A stretch of DNA of 59,289 nucleotides, from assembly GCA_965371515.1 (NCBI GenBank), contig CBDUYR010000013.1, positions 1 to 59,289 on the forward strand, written 5' to 3'. The stretch is from an uncultured bacterium. GTDB taxonomy: Bacteria; Krumholzibacteriota; Krumholzibacteriia; Krumholzibacteriales; Krumholzibacteriaceae. Below the pieces are notes generated by a model. That model did no database searches and had not been told where the DNA came from. It worked only from the letters and a program-made list of their open reading frames with translations. This document shows, one piece after another, positions 18,444 through 26,900 of this stretch. A program made the translations under genes and the position numbers. Numbering within the stretch: the stretch's first letter is position 1; each line of letters begins with the position of its first letter.

Positions 18444-19586
18444 TCACATTTTCTCGTTGCAAAGCATGTCCCAGATACCTTTGAAGTATCCCTGGCCCGA
18501 TGCTGTGACCCACTCTCCTTTCAGGCGTCCTTTTACGCCGTGATTGTAGCCGTACCACAGACCCTCGAATGATCCCATATCGTTGATCGGATCGTCTGCG
18601 AAGATCGGGTTGACAGCCCAGTCACCGGCGATTATTCCCCTGAATTCGCCCTTCGGGTTGATATACTTACCGAAGAACTTCTGTTCGTTATTGCTGTTTA
18701 CGCCGTAGATGCCTCTTACGTGACCGACGGCCCAGCCTCTCTCGCTGATCCAGATGCCCTTGAAGTATCCGAATACGATACCCCGCATCTCGCCTGTATC
18801 GGGATTAACGAGCGTGTCGGGTTCATCGGCCCTGTTCCACTCGCCGAGGAGGTAGCCGTTCGGGCAGCCGGGTAGTATCCTGTGGCTGGCGATCGCCATG
18901 TAGTTGTTGCACTCGTCAACGGGTTCCATGACTTCCAGGGCCTCGAGCTCGTCCATCGTGAAGGTCCGCTCGTACGGGCCGGCAATGATAGTCAGCATCG
19001 GCACTGGTATTTCCTCGTCGGGAGTATCGGGCTGAGCGGTGGTCGAGTCTGGGTCGGGTACTGGAGGAACGATCAGGCGGACCTGGATCCCGTCCACGTG
19101 AGGACAGGTCAGCGATTCCCACCTGATTGCGTTCGGTCCCACATGGTGAATCTCGTCGTTCGCTTCGAACTTGATGAGACGCTCGATCACGATTACGCCG
19201 CCCTCGAGTTTCATGCTGCCGGACCAGTTGACCTCGCAGCAGTCGGTGACGGTCGTGTCGTTGACAGCGTTGACCATCCTGCCCCACAACGCGCGTAAGC
19301 GGTATATCCTTACACCGTCCCTGCGCTCCATCTCGCAGACCTGCTCCTCGTTGCGGAGCGGGTCATCGTAATTGCAATCTTCGCCTTCACCCTCTTCAAG
19401 TATGAGGAATGTCTCCGGGTCTGCGAACATTGGCTCCTCGTCCGTCTCCGTGAATCCGCCCGTAGGCGAATCGAGATCGACGACCTGAAGCGTGGGATCG
19501 CCCGAGTTATCGGGGCTGATCGATTCGCATCCGGCCGCAATCAAGGCGAAGACGAGGATCATCGAAAATGCAAGATATCTCTTCAT
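18444..19586 (-). CDS. Hypothetical Cys-rich lipoprotein with repeated G-x-hydrophobic-x-G-x-W/Y strands
   Basis: AGGAG RBS, lipobox IAAGC, 380 aa and its own terminator. Confidence 0.8.
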   Translation of the reverse strand: MKRYLAFSMILVFALIAAGCESISPDNSGDPTLQVVDLDSPTGGFTETDEEPMFADPETFLILEEGEGEDCNYDDPLRNEEQVCEMERRDGVRIYRLRALWGRMVNAVNDTTVTDCCEVNWSGSMKLEGGVIVIERLIKFEANDEIHHVGPNAIRWESLTCPHVDGIQVRLIVPPVPDPDSTTAQPDTPDEEIPVPMLTIIAGPYERTFTMDELEALEVMEPVDECNNYMAIASHRILPGCPNGYLLGEWNRADEPDTLVNPDTGEMRGIVFGYFKGIWISERGWAVGHVRGIYGVNSNNEQKFFGKYINPKGEFRGIIAGDWAVNPIFADDPINDMGSFEGLWYGYNHGVKGRLKGEWVTASGQGYFKGIWDMLCNEKM

Positions 19587-19690
19587 CCTCTGCTCCTTCC
19601 CATCAGTGAATTACAGCTTCCTTGTCTGTCTGATTTACGATAAAAAAGTTTGATTTAGTGTTTCTGTACCACCTTCATGTCTGGGAACCT

Positions 19691-19706
19691 TGCAGGAGAG
19701 ATGCCG
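19691..19706 (-). promoter_or_regulatory. Sigma54 (-24/-12) promoter
   Basis: CGGCATCTCTCCTGCA, i.e. GG-N10-GC, about 105 nt upstream of the 19586 start. Confidence 0.6.
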
Positions 19707-19802
19707 AATCGCAAAACAGGACGTAAAATCATGTATATATAGTATTATCAATAAAATAGCCGCTAATATAAAATTCGTTCCACCGCTCTTTACAGCCGAA
19801 AC

Positions 19803-19850
19803 TGTACCATACAGTACATATCTGGCATATAGACTGTCCACGCAGGTACA
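19803..19850. promoter_or_regulatory. Two TGT-N10-ACA enhancer-like sites
   Basis: TGTACCATACAGTACA (19803-19818) and TGTCCACGCAGGTACA (19835-19850), 32 bp apart. Confidence 0.55.
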
Positions 19851-19874
19851 CAATCGATAATGGTCAGAAAAGCG

Positions 19875-19901
19875 TGCAACAACATGGAGCCGGTCTGCGT
19901 A
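19875..19901 (+). promoter_or_regulatory. ECF-sigma-type promoter
   Basis: TGCAAC-N17-CGTA upstream of 19947. Confidence 0.5.
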
Positions 19902-19946
19902 TCACAATACAACTGGAGCGTTTCGATCACTGACGGAGGATGACCG

Positions 19947-20489
19947 ATGAAGAAGGCACTGCCCCAGATCGCCCTGGCCCTGATCGTTTCCGTGATGTTC
20001 ACGGCGGACGCCGAATCGCACAGGCGCTGCTACGATAAGGACTGGACCTTCAATGCGAAGAGCATCGATTTCGAGGACGGCTCTCTCGTGATCGAGCACC
20101 AGGACGAGGACTGGATAGTCGAGATCACCGAGGACTACAAGCTCTACATCGACGGCGACAAGGTCAGGACAAACAGGCAGCAGAAAAAACTCCTCCGCAG
20201 GTACTACCGCGACTACGAGGATATAGAGGAACTGGCCGCCGAGATCGCCAAAGGGGGAGTGAAGCTCGGTGTGGTCGCCGTGGTGTGCGCGGCGAAGTTC
20301 ATCCTCGAGGATTACGATTGCGACGATATGGAAGACGATTTCGAGATAAAACCTGATGACCTCGAGAAGATGGCCAGGAAGCTCGAGAAGAAAGCGGAAA
20401 AGATCGAGGACATGGCCGACGATTTCGAGAAAACTCATAAAAAACTGAGAAGATCGATCCCCGAGCTTGGAGATCTGGAAGACTTCTGA
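19947..20489 (+). CDS. Exported protein, YggN/DUF2884-like
   Basis: GGAGG RBS and signal peptide. Motif IT.D..LYIDG..V.....Q..LL..Y, a coiled acidic region and an IPEL terminus. Confidence 0.6.
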   Translation: MKKALPQIALALIVSVMFTADAESHRRCYDKDWTFNAKSIDFEDGSLVIEHQDEDWIVEITEDYKLYIDGDKVRTNRQQKKLLRRYYRDYEDIEELAAEIAKGGVKLGVVAVVCAAKFILEDYDCDDMEDDFEIKPDDLEKMARKLEKKAEKIEDMADDFEKTHKKLRRSIPELGDLEDF

Positions 20490-20527
20490 TCGAGCTCTGG
20501 CGAAACGCCGAAAGGAGTGGGGCACAA

Positions 20528-20914
20528 ATGGAGCAGCATATAACGATACTGGGTGTTCTTCATATTGTGTGGGGTGCGCTCGGCGTTCTCATCGCAATGA
20601 TCGTGTTTACCGCTGTGGTTGGAGGGGGGATAATCTCGTGCGATCCGGAAGCGATGGCGATAACGTCGATAGTCGGCACCTCGATCTCATTCTGCCTGCT
20701 CCTTCCATGCCTGCCCGGACTGGTCGGCGGAATAGGAATATTCAAGTACAGGCAGTGGGCGAGGATCACGCTTCTCGTGGCAGGCTTCATCAACCTGCTC
20801 CTCGTCCCCTTCGGGACGATACTCGGCATCTACACGATCTGGGTGCTGATGAATATCGAGGTCAAGGATATGTTCGAAAATCGGGCTGCCGGCGGGGCTG
20901 TGAAGGGGGAATAA
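20528..20914 (+). CDS. Hypothetical membrane protein
   Basis: AAGGAG RBS, 3-4 TM and a PFGTILGIYTIWVL motif. Confidence 0.8.
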   Translation: MEQHITILGVLHIVWGALGVLIAMIVFTAVVGGGIISCDPEAMAITSIVGTSISFCLLLPCLPGLVGGIGIFKYRQWARITLLVAGFINLLLVPFGTILGIYTIWVLMNIEVKDMFENRAAGGAVKGE

Positions 20915-20973
20915 TGAGCATGCTGAAGGATATCATAATCGAGATATTCTATCTGATCAGGTACGGGATCTGA
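20914..20973 (+). CDS. Putative 19-aa small protein MSMLKDIIIEIFYLIRYGI
   Basis: TAATG stop/start overlap with the upstream gene and a purine-rich RBS GAAGGGGG. Confidence 0.4.
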   Translation: MSMLKDIIIEIFYLIRYGI

Positions 20974-20984
20974 CAGCCCGGCGA

Positions 20985-23180
20985 TCAGAAGCGGTATCCG
21001 AGGCCGAACCAGAGCTTCAGACCGTTGCGTTCACTGCCCGCGAGGGTCAGCTCGGCCGGTCCCACCGGCGTTTCGTACGCGACAGTCCCTGCCCATCCTG
21101 TAAAGGCATTCTCACTCCTGAAGAGTTCGCTCCTATCGTCGACCGCCGCACCGGCGTTGAAATGCCCGGCTGCGAGCCACCTGCCGGTGATCTCTATCTG
21201 AAGGGCGGCCGAGGCGATGTAGGCATTCGACCCTGAGATCTCGAAGGGCTCGTAACCGTAGAACGAGACGTCACGCTCACCGTAATAATCGAACCACGAC
21301 ATGATCCCGCCGAGACTGTACCTGTGATGGGGAAGGGGCCTTCCACCGCCGGTGATCCCGTAGAGAAATCTGCCACGCAGCGATACGCGCCTGTGAAACG
21401 GGAGGGCGGCGATGACATTGGCGTACCCCCTGTTGTACGAGATCTTGTTCGCCGACATCTCGGGGAAGGAATACCCTGAGAGCCTGAGCAGGAGCCCCCT
21501 TCGCGGCATCCAGGACCGGTCGAGCGTGTCGAGCCACAGGTCACCGCCGACCAGGAACAGGCTGCCGGATTCGGTAGAGGTACCTTGCGGCGCAATGTCG
21601 GGCCTGATGCTGTACCATTCCCCGCCTGCCCCTATTATGCAGCGGAACATGTAGCCCAGGGAGGTGTCGGCCAGGAGGGCGGCCCTTCCTGCCCTGACTC
21701 CCCACCTTGCCGTTCGCTCGCCGTTCTCGTAATCCTCTATATAATCGTCGACGTAGTTGCCTGCAAGGCCGGGCCTGAGCCACGTGCCGAGGCCGGCTTC
21801 GAGCGTATAGAGACCCTGGAGGTATACCCTGCTGCTGAAGACCATGTCGATGTTGAGCGTCGAGCCGTGACCTATCAGGTTTTTCATCTGTGCGCCGAGA
21901 AGGACCGAGAAAGACCATCGCGTATCGTACCTGAGGCCCAGGCCGAGGTAGTCCATCTTCTCTTCCTCGATGTCGAGGACGAGCGTCTTTTCCCCGTCTT
22001 TCCCCATGAAGCGGTACGAGATCCTCGAGAAATACCCCGTGCTGTACAGTTTCTGCAGCGCTTTGTCCATATCGTCCGCGGTGATCGAGTCGGGCGGCTT
22101 GATCCCGAGCAGGGATGACACGAATTTCGAAGGCACCTCGGAGAGACCGTCGAGCCGCACCCTCGTGATCAAGACAGGGCTGACCGGCGTCTCTTCCATC
22201 TGTTCAGGGGGCTCGCGGAAGCCTCCCGTTTTCTCGACGAGCGAGCGGATCTCTTCGATATGCCTGCGGGCCGCTTTCTCGCCCTGCTCGATGATGAAGG
22301 GGACGTCATCGAAATCGAGGGTGCCCACCGAAACGAGGTCCGGCCTGATATAGAGGTCGCAGTATTTTTTCTGTGCGTCAATCGTCGATTTCATCAGGAT
22401 GTCCATGGTCTGATCGGTGATCTCGAGCAAGCTCCTGAGACTGTCCGCGCCGACGAGTTCACTCGAGACATCGATGCATATGACGATGTCGGCGCCGAGC
22501 TCGATAGCGTCGACGGCTGGCAGGTTTCTCACGAGCCCTCCGTCCACGAGCAGCCGTCCGTCCATTTCGAAGGGTGAGAAGGCGGTCGGGATAGCCATGC
22601 TTGCCCTCATCGCGTCGGCAAGGCTGCCGCTGTCTATCACGTACGGATCGCCCGTGACTATGTCGGTCGCGACGCAGGAGAAATCGCGGGGGAATTCACT
22701 GAAATCGTCGATCTCCAGGACGGGCCAGCAGAGTTCGTAGAAGAGCCTGTGTATCTTCTGACCCTTTATCATGCCAGAGGGGAGGTTGACCCTGCCGCCG
22801 TCTACAGGGAAGGCGAGGAGGTACCGGTCCCTGAACATCTTCTGACGCATCGAGATGTATCTGCGGTCGACCGTCTCGCGGAACAGGCCGAACCAGTCGA
22901 CGTTGTTCGCCATATCTTCAAGAAAGGCGGGGGAATAGCCTGCCGCGTACAGCCCGCCGATGATCGAGCCCATGCTCGTGCCGGTGACGATCTCGGCCTG
23001 GAGCCCCTCCTCCTCGAAGACCTTGAGTACGCCTATGTGGGCAAGGCCCCTGGCGCCGCCCCCGCTGAAGGCGATGCCGATCTTCGGCGGCTCCGAACCG
23101 GTTCCGGCCGCAGTGCCTGCCTGGGTGATAGAGAGGAGAACGGCGACCGTCAGCGAAAATCTCTTCATGAGTTGATACAT
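20985..23180 (-). CDS. Patatin-POTRA-beta-barrel protein (PlpD-like, type Vd architecture)
   Basis: Signal peptide and patatin motifs SGGGARG.AHIG, GTSMG and DGG. POTRA-like segment (L..LYSTGYF), then beta-strands ending LGYRF. Start is 23180 or 23168. Confidence 0.88.
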   Translation of the reverse strand: MYQLMKRFSLTVAVLLSITQAGTAAGTGSEPPKIGIAFSGGGARGLAHIGVLKVFEEEGLQAEIVTGTSMGSIIGGLYAAGYSPAFLEDMANNVDWFGLFRETVDRRYISMRQKMFRDRYLLAFPVDGGRVNLPSGMIKGQKIHRLFYELCWPVLEIDDFSEFPRDFSCVATDIVTGDPYVIDSGSLADAMRASMAIPTAFSPFEMDGRLLVDGGLVRNLPAVDAIELGADIVICIDVSSELVGADSLRSLLEITDQTMDILMKSTIDAQKKYCDLYIRPDLVSVGTLDFDDVPFIIEQGEKAARRHIEEIRSLVEKTGGFREPPEQMEETPVSPVLITRVRLDGLSEVPSKFVSSLLGIKPPDSITADDMDKALQKLYSTGYFSRISYRFMGKDGEKTLVLDIEEEKMDYLGLGLRYDTRWSFSVLLGAQMKNLIGHGSTLNIDMVFSSRVYLQGLYTLEAGLGTWLRPGLAGNYVDDYIEDYENGERTARWGVRAGRAALLADTSLGYMFRCIIGAGGEWYSIRPDIAPQGTSTESGSLFLVGGDLWLDTLDRSWMPRRGLLLRLSGYSFPEMSANKISYNRGYANVIAALPFHRRVSLRGRFLYGITGGGRPLPHHRYSLGGIMSWFDYYGERDVSFYGYEPFEISGSNAYIASAALQIEITGRWLAAGHFNAGAAVDDRSELFRSENAFTGWAGTVAYETPVGPAELTLAGSERNGLKLWFGLGYRF

Positions 23181-23187
23181 GGCCGCA

Positions 23188-23216
23188 ATGCTAACAGCAA
23201 TCGGGGTTCTGCGCAA
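23188..23216 (-). promoter_or_regulatory. Putative sigma70 promoter of the PlpD-like gene
   Basis: TTGCGC-N17-TAGCAT. Confidence 0.45.
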
Positions 23217-23240
23217 TACCGCTGCTGGAGGGATCGAGGT

Positions 23241-23963
23241 TCAGATGAACTTTTCCCTGTTCTGGAGGTTATAGAGCCCGTACAGGATGGCGAGCACGCT
23301 GCCGACAGCGAGCATGATGCGGTTCTGGTAGATGATCCCGGACCATGCGGCAGCCGTCATCTGGTCGGGTACCTGGAATGGATTGAGGAAGAGGTTCCAC
23401 TTGCTCGTTGACAGTGCCTCGGCTCCTATCCAGAATGCCATGCCGATGACCACCATGATCACAGCCGTCCCGTTCCCGTTTCGAATTACAGTCGAGAACA
23501 TGAACGAGAGCGCCCCGAGGAAGAAGATCGGGAACATCAACTGGTAGACCATCTCGAATATGGGAACCTGTACGAATACGACTGAGCTCAGCACAGTCAG
23601 TACTACGAGCAGCGAGAAAGTAATAAGCCATATAAGCGCCATCCTCGACAGCCATACCTTGTACCTGTAGTCAGGTATACCGAAAAGGATCTCGATCATC
23701 CTCGAGTCGACGTCGTTCTGGATGCCGAAAGCGGTAGGGTAGAAGACGAGGAGGATGCCGGGGAACATCAGTATGTAGTATACATCGGGCACGCCCGGGT
23801 TCGAATCGGACGAGAAGAACGAGATGGCTCCTGCGGCGAGGAAGAATATAAAGGAGGCCAGCAGGAAGTAGATAAATTTGTTGGCGAAGATGATCTTCAG
23901 GTTGTACGAAGATATCTTCCTGGCCGAGTAGATCATGTTGCGAACCCTGTCAAACCTGCTCAT
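23241..23963 (-). CDS. ABC-2-type membrane permease (about 6 TM)
   Basis: GGAGG RBS, six hydrophobic segments and a D.DSRMIEILF.IP coupling-helix-like motif. Overlaps the upstream gene's stop. Confidence 0.7.
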   Translation of the reverse strand: MSRFDRVRNMIYSARKISSYNLKIIFANKFIYFLLASFIFFLAAGAISFFSSDSNPGVPDVYYILMFPGILLVFYPTAFGIQNDVDSRMIEILFGIPDYRYKVWLSRMALIWLITFSLLVVLTVLSSVVFVQVPIFEMVYQLMFPIFFLGALSFMFSTVIRNGNGTAVIMVVIGMAFWIGAEALSTSKWNLFLNPFQVPDQMTAAAWSGIIYQNRIMLAVGSVLAILYGLYNLQNREKFI

Positions 23964-26900
23964 CCGCGTCACCTCCCGCGGCTTCTGCCGCCGCTTTCCG
24001 CACGCCCAGCACATCGCTCCCCGAAGATCTCAGCAGCCATAGATAGGCGTCCTCGAGCGTCGGTCTCGCCTCATGCGCGTCGGGCACTGGTTTCACGGCG
24101 GCGAGGCACCTGACCTTTATATTCGCTCCATCGCGCATGTGATGGACGACGAGATGCTCCTTTCTTAACCTCTCGAAATCGGCCGGCTCGACGCTGAATG
24201 ACCAGACCTTACCGGCGGCTGTCGCGGTCATCTTCGTCGGTTCGTCGAGATAGAGCAGCTGTCCCCTGTTCAACACCGCGACCTTGTTGCACGAGCTGTA
24301 TATGTCCTCGATGATATGTGTAGAGAAGATGACGACCCTATCCCTGCTCAGTTCGACGAGGAGGTTTCGGAACCTGATCCGCTCGCGAGGGTCGAGCCCC
24401 GCGGTCGGCTCGTCGACGACGAGGATCCTCGGCAGGTGCAGGAGTATCTGCGCTATCCCGACCCGCTGCTTCATCCCGCCGGAAAATGCACCTATCTTCC
24501 TGTCGGCGTGCTCTTCGATATGCACCGCCTCGAGGACGTAATCGACCATATCGCGGCGTTTTTTCCTGTCGGCGAGACCCTTGAGGATCGCCTGGTAGTC
24601 GAGAAACTCCCTTGCCGTCAAGTTCTCGTAAGTCCCGAACTCCTGCGGCAGGTAGCCGATCAGCCCCTGAAGCTCCTCGCGCTTCTCCGCCGTGTCTATC
24701 CCGTTGATGTATACCTTGCCGTAGCTCTGGTCGAGGATGCCGCAGATAACACGCATAAGTGTCGTTTTGCCCGCGCCGTTCGGACCGAGCAGGCCGAACA
24801 TTCCGTTGCCGATCTCGAGCGACACGCGATCGAGCGCCTTGAAGGGCTGCTTGCGTTTTCCGATGACAGGAATCATGAGCACGAAGCGGTAGAGGGCGCG
24901 GCGGATGCCGGAAAGGCGTCCTTCGATCCTCGCGATGTTGATCTTGTCACGATGGAGCCTGCGCGAGGTGGAGAAGACAGCGATAGCTGTGAACCAGAGG
25001 ACCGCAATGAAGATCACCGCGGCGAGGTTGTCCCATTTCCTGTAGAAGACGGTGAGGTTGACGAGAGGGAAGAGCCATATGAATATCCTCGACAGCCCGC
25101 GCAGCAGGCGCCCCGCTAAGCCCGCAAGCCCTGACAGCCGCTCGCTCCAGCCGTCCCAGACGAACATCAGGAAGAAGAAGAGCAGGTGTGAGAGCACGAA
25201 GGCCCAGAAGAAGGAGGAGAGGTAGTAGTATGCGAAGTAGATAATGAAGCCGAGCACGGGGAGCTGCCAGAGCAGGTCTCCCGCGTCGCTGGTGCGTGTA
25301 TCTCCGCGACTCTCCCTGATACGCCCGCCCTTCTTCCATTCACGGACGAACTTCGACGGCTGGTCGTAGATCTTGACGAGGTTGCGCACCGTGATCGTAA
25401 TCGTGCTGTCACTGTCGATGACCTTTGCCGATGCCTTCCTCAGGCTCGCCAGGATGAACCAGGTCACCGCGGGGATGACCATTATAAGCGTTGCTGTCAG
25501 TGCCGATCTCCAGATCAGCGAATCGATCTTTTCCCAGACGAGCCATATACCGAGAACCGCTGCAAGTCCCTGAGCGAGTTTTATTCTCCAGTCGAGCCCT
25601 CTCAGCCAGCCGAGCGCCGAATCGAGCCCTGAATAAACGACAGGTATGAATACGAGCGTGAAGAGTGTGCTCACCGTCAGGCCGCCTATGACGGTAATGG
25701 CGAAGGGCGCACCGATCACTGAGACCTCTTCTTCCTTTCCCATGGCAAGCGGGATCATCGCTGCGATCGTCGTGATCGCTGTGATCAGGATCGGCCTGAC
25801 CCTCGCCTGCCCCGCCATCATAAGCGCTCTCGTTGAGCGGTAGCCCCTGCGCCTCAGTATCAGCGAGTAGTCGATCAGTATGATCCCGTTGTTGACGACG
25901 ACGCCGAGAAGTATGAGGAATCCGGTCAGCGTGTAGACATCTACGATCGAGGTGCCCGTTAAGATCAGGAGCCAGAGAGAACCTATGGCGGCAAGCGGGA
26001 TGGTGAACATCATCACTACAGGTGTCGTGAGTGATTCGAAGACCGATGCGAGGATCATGTAGATCAGGATGAATGCTGCCAGGATGAGGAACTTGAAATC
26101 GCCAATACCGCTGTCGTCCTCGACGATCTCCACCGCCATTCCCTGCGGGACGATGAGCCCGGCGATCAGATCTTCTATCTCTATCTCGGCTGCTTCGAGC
26201 AGCTTCCTCGAATCGTTGATCCCGTCGATAAAGGAATAGGTTATCGAGATCTGCTTCTCCTGGTTGATCCGCCTTATCCTCGTCATGCCGCGCGAGTAGA
26301 CCATGTCGCTGATTTCCTCGAGCTCGATGACCGCGCCGGAAGGCGACTGGAGGGACATCTCCCGCAGGTCGTCGGTATGGCGCTCCTCGACACCGGCGCT
26401 CCTGATGACGATCTCGTATTCGTCGGTCCCATCCTTGAACACCTGCCCGGTGGACCGCTCAGGCTGGAAGGAGCTAAGCTCCCTGCTGACCGACTGCAGG
26501 GTAAGGTCGTTCCAGGTGAGCAGCGGCATATCGAACATCAGCTGTATCTCGGGGCTGCCCGGGATGACGTCGTAATTTGCCGAGGCGGTCGATGCGAGGT
26601 CGTCAATGTAATCCGCGAGGTTGGAGGCGAATCGCGACATCGCTTCATAGTCGTTTCCCTTTACGACTATGCTTTTCTGCTGCGAACCGAATCCGAAGAA
26701 GCGTCCCATCGCGCCGCCCATCCCTCCGCCGCGTCTTCCCCGGTACCTTGTGCTGGATGTGGGCTCGTCGAAAGATATATCACCCGTTCTGATAGGGGCT
26801 ACCCGCTGCTTCGCGTCGGACTTGACCTGGCCGAGGTTGCGCCTGTCTATATCGCTGTACCCATCCTTCAGCTTTACCGTGATCCGCGCGTCCTCTTCGT

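Noticed and set aside
19746..19758. IHF site in the AT-rich spacer
   Set aside because: TATCAA matches but the TTR half does not, so it is too weak to call.
19802..19814. CTGT...ACAG as a LexA SOS box
   Set aside because: The spacer is 5 nt, not 8. The paired TGT-N10-ACA reading fits better.
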